Shown piece by piece: positions 54,120 through 63,118 of a stretch of 64,000 nt of DNA. Within the stretch, counting starts at the first letter, position 1; each line of letters starts with the position of its first letter. The stretch covers positions 256,001 through 320,000 of IMG/VR virus record IMGVR_UViG_3300010429_000387, one strand, 5' to 3'. The notes below the pieces were generated by a model that did not search any database, had not been told where the DNA came from, and saw only the letters and a program-made list of their open reading frames with translations. Origin of the DNA: a virus (lineage: Duplodnaviria > Caudoviricetes). The translations under genes were made by a program, and so were the position numbers.

Positions 54120-55457
54120 ATGTCAAAGGTCATCTTGGTTGCTGGAGCAGGCTTCGGAGACGAGGGCAAGGGGTCGATTGTAGACCACCTGACCCGCAAG
54201 CACTCGGCCCAAACCATCGTTCGCTACAACGGGGGAGCCCAAGCAGCCCACAACGTTGTGGACCCCGACGGGAGGCACCACACCTTCTCCCAGTTCGGGT
54301 CGGGTACCCTTGCTGGGGCCAAGACCCACCTCAGTCGATTCATGCTGGTGAACCCCATCTCGATGATCTCCGAGGGCAATCACCTGGTCTCCCTGGGGGT
54401 CTCAGACGCCTTCCAGAGGGTGACAGTAGATGGTGAAGCCCTGGTCACCACACCCTTCCACGTCTCCCTCAACCGAATCCGGGAGTTGTGCCGGGATGCT
54501 GGGGAGGGGCGGCACGGGTCCTGTGGAATGGGAATCGGAGAGACTGTGGCCTATGCAGTAGCCAACCCTGAGGGGGCTATCAGGTTCAAGGACCTTTCCA
54601 ATCCAGGGACCCTGATGGTGAAGCTCGGGGACCTCCAGGACTACATGGTCACGGAGGCCAGCAAACTGGTGGGCAAGGTTCCCCTCAATGATGGCTTGGA
54701 GAAGGAGTGCAAGCTCATTTGCCAAGATGAGTTGGCGTCAATCTGCTTGGAGTGGTTCGCTAAGCTCCTGAGTCTTGGGGTCAGATCAGTAGGCCCTGAG
54801 TATCTGTCGGCAGTCCTCACCAAAGGGACAACCATCTTCGAGGGAGCCCAAGGGGTTCTCTTGGATGAGGAGTGGGGCTTCCATCCCTTCACGACCCGGA
54901 GCAACTGTACCTTCGAGAACGCCCTCCAGCTCATCGAGGGCTTCAATGGTGAGGTCACCAAGGTAGGGGTCCTTCGAGCCTACCACACTCGGCACGGGGC
55001 TGGCCCCTTCCCAACTGAGAGCCCAGAGGTCAAGGCTACAGGAGACCACAATGGGGTCGGACCTTGGCAGAAAGGATTCCGAGCCGGGTACTTCGACTTC
55101 GTGTTGGCCCGGTATGCTCGTCTGGCCCTCGGGGGCGTCGATGAGGTGGCCCTCTGCCATCTCGACCACGTCCAGGGACCCCAGAAGGTCTGCCTCGCCT
55201 ACGCATGGCCCCACTGGTATGGCCCTCAAGGCCCGAACCAGTACAAGATCCACAAGATACCCAGGGCAGACTACGAGCGGCTGAAGGCAATGTTCGATGA
55301 AGAGGGGAGCACGTATCAGCACCCCTACGACGGGACGATAGAGCCTGTCTACACGACACTTCCGAGCGTTGACCGTCTGATCTCCGGTGTAGAGAAGGCT
55401 ATGAGAGCACCTGTGACGATTCGATCCTATGGGACTAGAGCTGGAGACAAGCGATGA
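54120..55457 (+). CDS. Divergent adenylosuccinate-synthetase (PurA)-fold ligase
   Basis: GDEGKG, R.NGG.QA.H, G.GIG, FEGAQG.LLD...G..P..T.S, Y.TRHG.GPFPTE; lacks the TTGR aspartate-binding loop. Confidence 0.88.
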   Translation: MSKVILVAGAGFGDEGKGSIVDHLTRKHSAQTIVRYNGGAQAAHNVVDPDGRHHTFSQFGSGTLAGAKTHLSRFMLVNPISMISEGNHLVSLGVSDAFQRVTVDGEALVTTPFHVSLNRIRELCRDAGEGRHGSCGMGIGETVAYAVANPEGAIRFKDLSNPGTLMVKLGDLQDYMVTEASKLVGKVPLNDGLEKECKLICQDELASICLEWFAKLLSLGVRSVGPEYLSAVLTKGTTIFEGAQGVLLDEEWGFHPFTTRSNCTFENALQLIEGFNGEVTKVGVLRAYHTRHGAGPFPTESPEVKATGDHNGVGPWQKGFRAGYFDFVLARYARLALGGVDEVALCHLDHVQGPQKVCLAYAWPHWYGPQGPNQYKIHKIPRADYERLKAMFDEEGSTYQHPYDGTIEPVYTTLPSVDRLISGVEKAMRAPVTIRSYGTRAGDKR

Positions 55458-56452
55458 GCGTCAAGGCGGTCCTGGCTCAGACGGAGCACCTGAACAGGCT
55501 GGTGGCTTCGATTCGGTTCGACAAGCCTGGGGTGAAGTCCGTCAAGTTCGGGGACAAGACCCTGGTCGTTCAGGGGCGGGTGCTTCAGGGGGACCTCTGC
55601 GACATCTACGAGGGTACCTACACAGACCCGAAGCCCGTGGATGAGACCGCCAAGACTGTCGGCACCCGGTTCGACCGGATCCTTGACGATGAAGACGAGG
55701 TTGAAGGTGGGATTCCTGTGCTGGTCAAGGTAGCGAGGAGCGACCTCGACAACGACCTGGTTGAGAACGAGGCCAACAACCTGGGTGTCCTCTACCCTCT
55801 CACCGAGAAGGACGAGAAGTTCTACCGGTACCTCCCCCGAAGCTATGGGGGGTTCAAGACCAAGAACGAGCTTCAAGCCCACATCCTTGGCAGGATCGAT
55901 GGGTTCGTCACCTTGGCTGACATCTTGAAAGCCTACCCGAAGGGACTGGACTTCCGGGACATGGTCTGGATGTTCAAGCGGACCCTGGCCGGGATCGGGT
56001 TCGCTCACGAGAACAAGTTCGTCCACGGGGCGATCCTGCCACCTCACCTGATGTTCCACCCGACCGACCACGGGGCAAAGATCATCGACTGGTCCTACTC
56101 GATTCGGATGACCAGCTCCAAGGGGGGTCGGCTCAAGGCCATGGTGGCAGGGTACGAGGATTTCTACGCTCCGGAGATTCCTGACCGGAGAGACACCAAC
56201 CAGACGGCAGACCTGTACATGGTTGCCAAGTGCATGATGGCGACCTTGGGGGCGGACCTGAAGACGAACGCCATGCCGGACTCGGTACCCAAGCCTCTTC
56301 AGGACTTCCTTCGTCGCTTTATCGACCCCCAGCCTGGGATGAGGGTCTCCGATGCGTGGGCACTCCACGATGTCCTTGACGGGATCCTGCTGGACCTCGT
56401 TGGGAAGCCCAAGTACCGACCGCTCAAGATGCCATCCCACACGGCCCCCTAA
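55454..56452 (+). CDS. Ser/Thr-kinase-fold protein with atypical catalytic loop and internal TRFDRIL tag
   Basis: VLVK, N.E, HGAILPPHL (in place of HRD..N), IDW, YAPE, DLY. Confidence 0.8.
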   Translation: MSVKAVLAQTEHLNRLVASIRFDKPGVKSVKFGDKTLVVQGRVLQGDLCDIYEGTYTDPKPVDETAKTVGTRFDRILDDEDEVEGGIPVLVKVARSDLDNDLVENEANNLGVLYPLTEKDEKFYRYLPRSYGGFKTKNELQAHILGRIDGFVTLADILKAYPKGLDFRDMVWMFKRTLAGIGFAHENKFVHGAILPPHLMFHPTDHGAKIIDWSYSIRMTSSKGGRLKAMVAGYEDFYAPEIPDRRDTNQTADLYMVAKCMMATLGADLKTNAMPDSVPKPLQDFLRRFIDPQPGMRVSDAWALHDVLDGILLDLVGKPKYRPLKMPSHTAP

Positions 56453-56475
56453 AGCCCTTTTCAAGTCTGTAGGGT

Positions 56476-57219
56476 ATGGCCGACAGACTACCCGATCAGA
56501 AAACGCCCTCAACCAAAGAAGAGCTGCTCGAAGCCCTCTGGAGGGCCTGGCTTCACCTGTTTGGGGAGCCTCCCAAGAAGGAATCCATCTGGATCCTGAT
56601 GGCACAATGGGCCTTGGAAACCGGATGGGGCAAGTATTGCCACAACTACAACCTCGGGAACGTGAAGTCCTCGAACGGGGACGGGTACGACTACACCTAC
56701 TTCGCTTGCAACGAGATCCTGAAGACAGCTCAGGCTCAAGCCTATGCTGCGAAGAGTCCGGACACAGCCAAGATCACCGTCTACCGGAAGGATGGAACGG
56801 CCATCATCTGGTTCTATCCGGACCACCCTGGTTGCCGGTTCCGAGCCTTCCACACGCTCCTGGAAGGGGCTACTGACCACATCAGTATCGTTCACAAGCG
56901 GTTCTCGAAGGCATGGCCTGCTGTGATTGCTGGCAATCCAGCTCAGTATTCCCACATGCTTCGGCAGCAGGGGTACTACACGGCTGACGAGTCCAGCTAC
57001 ACGAAGACCCTGGTGTCGGTCTACAACACCATCAAGGCGGTCAAGTTCGATTACGACTCTCTCCCCGTGGTGAACGAGGAACAGAGTGAACGGATCATGA
57101 ACTTGGTTGCTCTGACCATGCAGCAAAGCATCGAGGAGAGCACCCGATTCACACGGGTGCTATTCGATGATGAGGACGAGAATCCAACAGTGGATGAGTC
57201 GGGGAAAGCGAACGCCTGA
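56476..57219 (+). CDS. GH73/glucosaminidase-like peptidoglycan hydrolase with TRFTRVL tail
   Basis: AQWALETGWG, N.N.GN.K, FRAF....G, GYYTA...Y. Confidence 0.75.
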   Translation: MADRLPDQKTPSTKEELLEALWRAWLHLFGEPPKKESIWILMAQWALETGWGKYCHNYNLGNVKSSNGDGYDYTYFACNEILKTAQAQAYAAKSPDTAKITVYRKDGTAIIWFYPDHPGCRFRAFHTLLEGATDHISIVHKRFSKAWPAVIAGNPAQYSHMLRQQGYYTADESSYTKTLVSVYNTIKAVKFDYDSLPVVNEEQSERIMNLVALTMQQSIEESTRFTRVLFDDEDENPTVDESGKANA

Positions 57220-57225
57220 GGGCGC

Positions 57226-57582
57226 TCAGTTCTTCCCTTTCCTGCCACTTTTCTTGGTCCAGTTCTCTGGCGGGGCCGGAGTCGGAGCGGGAGCCGGGGC
57301 TTCCTCAACGGGGGCCTCGGGCTCAGCCTTGACAGGCTCCTCTGCTTTGACAGGCTCGGGGGCTGGGACAGCCTTCCGGACCTCCATCTCTCCAACGATC
57401 AGGGTGCCCTTGGAGGATGAGGCAGACTCTACCTGAGTGACAACCGGCTTCCGAAGCTCCTGGACCTCTTCGATGAGTTCCAGAATGTAGTTGGTCGCAT
57501 TTCCGAGGGTTGCACCAGAGCCCATGGCCTGGATTGCCCGAGCCCTGAGGTCGATGAGTTCCTGATCTGTCATTCGAGCCAT
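57226..57582 (-). CDS. Hypothetical protein with Pro/Glu/Ala-rich tail
   Basis: GGAGG RBS. Confidence 0.65.
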   Translation of the reverse strand: MARMTDQELIDLRARAIQAMGSGATLGNATNYILELIEEVQELRKPVVTQVESASSSKGTLIVGEMEVRKAVPAPEPVKAEEPVKAEPEAPVEEAPAPAPTPAPPENWTKKSGRKGKN

Positions 57583-57628
57583 TCTAGTCCTCCAGTCTGT
57601 CTCCTTGATAAGTAGATCCAGCCACTAC

Positions 57629-58459
57629 TCAGAAGGAGAAGCGTTCTGCCCGACGGGTCATCCGAATGTTGGAGAGCATGTAGCTGGTCCTGAATGGTAG
57701 GACCTGCGGGCTGGTCTCCAACTGGAACAACGGACCCCCTCGAAGTACGAGGGACGAGACCAGGAAATCTGGGGGTGTGTCTGAAGGGTCTTCCTTGGGG
57801 GGAGGTGCCAGCCAGGCAACCACGTCAGCATCCTTGAAGGTTGGTGCCTTAGTCTGCATCCACCGAAGAGCAAGACCCATCCTACGACGGCTCTCGGTCT
57901 CACCCTTGTCACAGGACCCGCTAGCATAGACCTTCAGCTTGTCCTGGAGGGGTGTCATGCCACAAGAGGCAAAAGAGGTTCGTAGAACAGCCAGAGCTGC
58001 ATGGAAGCACTTCTTCCGGTCGGACACTAGGTCTTCCCCACCCCAACCCTCATCTGCTTTGGTGGTGAAACGGTAACCTCCTCCGATGTTCACCACGATC
58101 CGGGTAGGAGTTTTCCCTTGGGTATTGGCCTTCCCAAGGTTGAGCTGATTCAGGCACCAACTCTTGCCACCGTCTCCTCTTGAGAGTTTCCCTTCACCGT
58201 AGTCAACGTCCTTGCGAAAACCACTCTCAAACGTGGCAACAGCGAGCAAGACGTTGATGGTCTTGATCCTGGCAGTATCCCCTGAGAACAAGGGTTTCTC
58301 CGAAGGATCATAGACTACTTCGATTGCGTCACGGGCGATTGACTCATACCGCTCCTGAGCTTCTTCAGCCGTCTCCTTAGCCTCTGGGATGTACTGAGGC
58401 CGTCCCATAGGGGCAACGGCAGACATGAGCGACAGAATCCATGCGATTACTAGGTCCAA
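57629..58459 (-). CDS. Secreted or membrane lysozyme/lytic-transglycosylase-like protein
   Basis: Hydrophobic N-terminus, A..ESGF, GD.G.S.C..Q, YASG.C; AAGGAGG RBS before TTG. Confidence 0.6.
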   Translation of the reverse strand: MDLVIAWILSLMSAVAPMGRPQYIPEAKETAEEAQERYESIARDAIEVVYDPSEKPLFSGDTARIKTINVLLAVATFESGFRKDVDYGEGKLSRGDGGKSWCLNQLNLGKANTQGKTPTRIVVNIGGGYRFTTKADEGWGGEDLVSDRKKCFHAALAVLRTSFASCGMTPLQDKLKVYASGSCDKGETESRRRMGLALRWMQTKAPTFKDADVVAWLAPPPKEDPSDTPPDFLVSSLVLRGGPLFQLETSPQVLPFRTSYMLSNIRMTRRAERFSF

Positions 58460-58980
58460 GGCGTATCCTCCTTCTTAGGGGGGCGTCTTCACTTCTGGTG
58501 ATAGGTCCTCTTCCACTTGGCTTTTAGACGCTATCCCACTTGATTTGGTCGGGGCGTTTCGGTGGCTGTCATCCTATTAGGAGGTGGGGTCAGACGATAC
58601 CGCTCCTAACATTCGGGTCAATCAAAAAGTAACCGATGACCGCTACCACCTAGACTTGATCCATCTGTACACTTTCAACGTGATTTGCAGCGTTACACAC
58701 CTCTTTTGACAGTAGTTCCCACACCCACACTCAAGGGGTCAACACAGGGTCGAGTCTCCTTGAGCCTGGAGGGTTACGACCTGGTCTAGCTCTCGGTTTT
58801 CAGGGGTAGTCTGGCTGACCAACAGGGTCCATCTATCGACATGGCCCTTCCAGTTACACCGGCAGCGGAACCTACACCTGGACCACACTGAAGGTGCTGG
58901 TAGCAGATTCCCATGTGGGGTGATCTACACCGGAACCCGATTTCACAGAATGAGCTTATCCAATCAGCTAAAGTGAGAAC

Positions 58981-59670
58981 ATGTCAACCCGCTGGTCTAC
59001 TAAGAGGGTCCCTTTGGACTTCGACTGGCCCCTGGGCCAAGTGTGGCATGGGTATGTCAACCCATGGCCTGGCCCTGTCATTTGCGGTCAGTGCTTAGGG
59101 ACTGGGTTGAGTACCGAGGGGAAGAGGCTCTACGACTCTTTTCGTAGTTGGTCATTTCGGATGACGGATGTGGAGGCCACCTTGCTCCGGGCGGGAGGGG
59201 TCTCTGCTCGGGACGTTACTAGACTCCGAAACCGAAACTGGACGGCAGACACTCCAAGCGTTCGGATCCTCTTGGTGGAGATCCGAACCAAGAGGAAGGG
59301 TACCTGGAAAGCCTGTGACACTTGTGCTGGGTCTCTGATGGTACCCAACCCAAACCCAGCCGTTCAACAGCTCTACGAGGGTGTGGATCTCTACGAGGAG
59401 TGGACCCCCATTGAACCCCCGAAAGGAGATGGCTGGCAACTCTGGACCGGAGAGGCCCCTGATGGTCGGCCCTACTCCCCAGTGTTCTCTTCCTGTGAGG
59501 ACCTAGCCAAGTGGTGCTCCAAGAAGTTCAAGACGGCCTATCAGGACTGGCTTGTGTGGGCTCAACGAGAATGCCTTATCACTGACGAGCCCAAGGACCC
59601 AGTGTTCCAGCTCAAGAGTGACAGCTTGCGAGTCTACATGGCACCCCCCACCCCAACCAAGAGAACCTGA
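58981..59670 (+). CDS. Conserved phage hypothetical protein with two CxxCxG motifs
   Basis: RVPLDFDWP, CGQCLG.G, CDTCAG, EPP.G.GWQLW...SPVF. Confidence 0.75.
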   Translation: MSTRWSTKRVPLDFDWPLGQVWHGYVNPWPGPVICGQCLGTGLSTEGKRLYDSFRSWSFRMTDVEATLLRAGGVSARDVTRLRNRNWTADTPSVRILLVEIRTKRKGTWKACDTCAGSLMVPNPNPAVQQLYEGVDLYEEWTPIEPPKGDGWQLWTGEAPDGRPYSPVFSSCEDLAKWCSKKFKTAYQDWLVWAQRECLITDEPKDPVFQLKSDSLRVYMAPPTPTKRT

Positions 59671-59918
59671 TGCTCTTCACCCAATGGTTGGACACCCAGA
59701 GGTACCGAGGGGACCTGGTAGGGGAACTGGCCGAACAGGTACACTGTAGGAGATGGCCCCACACGGACGACCTGAGGGTACTTCGAGTTCGGATGACCTT
59801 GGAACGGGCCACCCCCTTGGCAGTGAAAGCGCTTCACCTGGCCCATGAAGAGTGGGTCCTAACCAGGCATCTGCCGCCATTGACGGTCGTCCCCTCCTAT
59901 CCACTCCCTCTCAACTGA
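59670..59918 (+). CDS. YozE/SAM-like small protein
   Basis: F..WL..Q..R.D.VG.LA.......WP; TGATG coupling. Confidence 0.6.
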   Translation: MLFTQWLDTQRYRGDLVGELAEQVHCRRWPHTDDLRVLRVRMTLERATPLAVKALHLAHEEWVLTRHLPPLTVVPSYPLPLN

Positions 59919-60073
59919 CGGCAGTTCTCTCTTCCTGGTGTAGTCCGGGTGGCCTGGACGGAGGTCGAGTGCCCTTCCGTTCGGTAGCTTGAGAAACATC
60001 AGGATCTCGGTGGATCCTCGGTGTATTTGATCATGTGCCCCGATCATCCCCTGGAAGTCGAGAGAACTAAGCG

Positions 60074-60529
60074 ATGGCTAACCCTGTAGGAGTCCACGGT
60101 ACTTTCCTTGGTCGGTCGGTGACTGACCAGCAAAAAGCCCTTTACGAGAGCACCTCGGGCAGGGGTTTTTCCTCGAAGGAGAGGGACCCATCCCTGACCG
60201 ATGCCACCCTGATCATGGCCCTAGCCCTGGCAAAGGTGGAGGGCACCACAGTCTTCTCCCCGGTCTACATCTTCTCCCCGTCGAACATGCACCAGTGGGT
60301 GTTCGAGCGAATCCATCACTTGGCGCTCAACTTGACGGCCAGGGTCAAGGGTTCCATGGACTTGGAGAAAAAGAAGAGGTCCCTTGGGATAGCCCGACAG
60401 TGGCTCGAAGTCCTCAAGGTGGGGGCACCCAAGCTGGCAGACCTTCAGAGTGAGCCAGAGAGGTGGGTGTCCGTCGGGTACACGAAAGAGGACGCCCTTC
60501 CCGAGTGGTTCAAGAGAGCCCTGCTGTGA
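60074..60529 (+). CDS. Hypothetical protein
   Basis: GAGAG RBS; GGTGTA at 60020. Confidence 0.65.
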   Translation: MANPVGVHGTFLGRSVTDQQKALYESTSGRGFSSKERDPSLTDATLIMALALAKVEGTTVFSPVYIFSPSNMHQWVFERIHHLALNLTARVKGSMDLEKKKRSLGIARQWLEVLKVGAPKLADLQSEPERWVSVGYTKEDALPEWFKRALL

Positions 60530-61590
60530 ACCAGAAGGACCCGAAGAAGTTTCCGATGCAGGTTGCGAACGAAGTGCATCGGATGATGGTGGGTGAGATC
60601 CCAGAAAACTACTGCCCCCCAGTCATGAGCAACGACCAGCTCATGGGACTCGGGAAGATGATCTGGGAGCACACTTACAAGCTAACCCAGCGGGATGATG
60701 ACGCCTTCAACCTGGCATTCAACCTGGCTGAGGCTCTTACCAGGGTGAACCCGGATATGGGTTTGGCCTATCGGTCTGCCCTTGTCATCCCCCATGAACA
60801 GATGAGGATCATGTGGGCAGCTCGTTGGGTAGATCAGGGTTGCCCCAGGTTCGTGGTGGATGGGCCATTCGCTGCCCTCCTCATGTCCACGGACGCAGGT
60901 CCCGAAGTAGCTGAACTGGTGGTACCACCCTGGAAGGCATTCCTCATCGAGATCCCCTTGGGGATTCTCCCCTGTCACAACGACAGGACTGGGAAGACCG
61001 TCTATCTTCGGAGAGTCTTCGCCCAACACGTTATCACAACGGATGGGAATCCCGTGTGGAATCTTGTTGCAGAGGGAGAGGATGGGCTCCAACTGTGGCG
61101 TCATGGGGTTCGCACTGAACAGCTCCTCTACGTTGACAAGGGGGACGCCTGGCAGAAGGAGGACGCTTCTGAGTTCCTTCAGGATATGGAGTCACAGGAT
61201 GAGCGAAACCTGCTGATGGTTGGACGGCTCATTGTGTCCATGTGCCTCTCCCTAAGCGACCCCACCGTCCAAAGGGAGCAGAAGAAGACGAAGGGCAGGG
61301 GTGCCAGCAAGTTCCGGCTCAACAAGGACGGACCCGAGATTCGGACGTTCGTGATCGGTAGGCCAGTCAGTATCGACTGTCGTCAAACCGTTCGGGACTA
61401 TGTTGAGGGCAAGAAGCGTGGAGGTCGAGTCACCGTCCAGTTCTTGGTTCGGGGTCACTGGCGTAACCAGCCCCATGGGCCTGGGAACTCGCTCCGGAAG
61501 GTCATCCACATTGAGCCCTATTGGAAGGGACCCGAGGACGGGAAGCTGGTGGCAAAAGCCATGAACGTGACAGGTGGTGTAGGTAGGTGA
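60526..61590 (+). CDS. Hypothetical protein with C-terminal VRGHWR.Q..G motif
   Basis: GTGA coupling; VRGHWRNQPHGP...I.IEPYWKGP. Confidence 0.75.
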   Translation: MNQKDPKKFPMQVANEVHRMMVGEIPENYCPPVMSNDQLMGLGKMIWEHTYKLTQRDDDAFNLAFNLAEALTRVNPDMGLAYRSALVIPHEQMRIMWAARWVDQGCPRFVVDGPFAALLMSTDAGPEVAELVVPPWKAFLIEIPLGILPCHNDRTGKTVYLRRVFAQHVITTDGNPVWNLVAEGEDGLQLWRHGVRTEQLLYVDKGDAWQKEDASEFLQDMESQDERNLLMVGRLIVSMCLSLSDPTVQREQKKTKGRGASKFRLNKDGPEIRTFVIGRPVSIDCRQTVRDYVEGKKRGGRVTVQFLVRGHWRNQPHGPGNSLRKVIHIEPYWKGPEDGKLVAKAMNVTGGVGR

Positions 61591-61599
61591 GGATGCCGA

Positions 61600-62169
61600 A
61601 TGGTTCTGACAGCCATACAAGACCTGGAGGAGTTCTGGGATGCGGTCAAAGTGGACCGGGTCCAAGTTCGCCCAGAGGAAGCTGACGGACCTGAGACGGT
61701 CATAGACCGAGCCTTGTCTAGGCTTAGCCGGGATCTCCCGGAAATTCTCACGAAAGAGCACACCGGCAAGTCCTTTCAGGTGCCCGAGCACCTGACTGAG
61801 ATCCTGGTGACCTTTGCCAGAGAGCTACTTCACAACCTCTATCTGGAGCAACAGAAGCAGGATGTTAGCGTATTGATTCAACTATTCCTTGAGGTACCGG
61901 GTCTTCCGGCCCTCGATGTGAAGGGTTTCGTTCGGACACTCCCACAAGACCTTCTGAACAGGATCCTAGTACGTCTGGAAGAGCGACGTAGAAGGACTGG
62001 TCTCCAGGCTCTACTGAGCATTGAGGCCATGTGGAGGGATAGATCCCTACACCAGGACTACGAAGTGCAGAAGGATACGGACGGAAAGTTGGTCATCACA
62101 TTCTTCCCCTTGGAGCATCCAGGGCCATTGAGCTTCCGTTTGAGAGAGCTGTTCGTAGGTGAGAGATGA
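61600..62169 (+). CDS. Hypothetical protein
   Basis: GAGG RBS. Confidence 0.65.
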   Translation: MVLTAIQDLEEFWDAVKVDRVQVRPEEADGPETVIDRALSRLSRDLPEILTKEHTGKSFQVPEHLTEILVTFARELLHNLYLEQQKQDVSVLIQLFLEVPGLPALDVKGFVRTLPQDLLNRILVRLEERRRRTGLQALLSIEAMWRDRSLHQDYEVQKDTDGKLVITFFPLEHPGPLSFRLRELFVGER

Positions 62170-63118
62170 GAACCCAAGACCCCAGAGGAGGATAGCCATG
62201 GAGTCTGCTATCGAGGAGTATTGGGTCGATTTACGGCGTGGGCGATCCAAGGCAAAGCGTCTTGCACCTAGCTTCTGTTCCCCCGCCATGTTGAGCCCCC
62301 TAGTTTCATGGGCCAAGCAGCTCTACCAGCCAGACCGGGTGACTACTCAAGTTCTTCCTGGGGACTACAGGGAGGGCTCACTGAAGCTCATCATCGACGA
62401 ACTTCCACAGGAAGTCCTGGTTCGAGCTGGCTCACTTCAACGTGGGGATGACCCGATGAAGATGGTCCTGCATACGATTCGGGATATGAAGGTACCATCC
62501 AGGAACCGAACTATGTCCCAGTTCGAGTTCCTCCCGCCGCACCCAGCAGAGAACCCCTTCGGGTGGGACCTCCTCTGGTGTCTTGTAGCTTGCAACGAGG
62601 TTACCCTCCCGGCACACCTCCGAGACCTCGTGAATCGGAGATCCAGGATGTCCGATTTCTATCGAGCCCTCGTTGAGATTCGGTTCGAGGCGCGAGAGAA
62701 GCACTTCTTTCCAGCCATCGAAGAGAACGTCATCGCCCTCAGCCAGTGGGTAGAGGGACAGTACAAGGAAGATGATGATCACCTCTCAGCCTTGCTTCAG
62801 AAGGCCAACATCAAGTCACCTGTTCGGACAGAGGAGCGGTTCGAGCTTCTCCTCTTCATCCTTACCCTTGCTCAGCACAATCGGCTCCTTGATGACCTCA
62901 TTGTCTACCTTGACCAACTGGACCAGCTATCCACAGATGGCTGCGAGCAGTTGCTCAAGATGGTCGGGGCGGTAGACCGATGGGCGCACTACGGCTGTCC
63001 GATGAATCTTCTTCTAGGGTGGAGGGGATCGAAAGAGGACTTGAGGATGCTCCGAAGTCAACACGCACGCCTTGCCGCTCGTCTTCGAGAGGGCATGGAG
63101 TGGACCCAGAGGGTGTGA
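62159..63118 (+). CDS. Hypothetical protein (possible degenerate P-loop fold)
   Basis: 319-aa ORF; LIVYLDQLD resembles a Walker B; start uncertain. Confidence 0.65.
   Translation: MRDENPRPQRRIAMESAIEEYWVDLRRGRSKAKRLAPSFCSPAMLSPLVSWAKQLYQPDRVTTQVLPGDYREGSLKLIIDELPQEVLVRAGSLQRGDDPMKMVLHTIRDMKVPSRNRTMSQFEFLPPHPAENPFGWDLLWCLVACNEVTLPAHLRDLVNRRSRMSDFYRALVEIRFEAREKHFFPAIEENVIALSQWVEGQYKEDDDHLSALLQKANIKSPVRTEERFELLLFILTLAQHNRLLDDLIVYLDQLDQLSTDGCEQLLKMVGAVDRWAHYGCPMNLLLGWRGSKEDLRMLRSQHARLAARLREGMEWTQRV

Noticed and set aside
54120-55457. PurZ / 2-aminoadenine (Z-genome) pathway
   Set aside because: The catalytic Asp is retained (GDEGKG rather than a GSxGKG-type motif), there is no adjacent dATPase gene, and the phage encodes a Dam adenine methylase.
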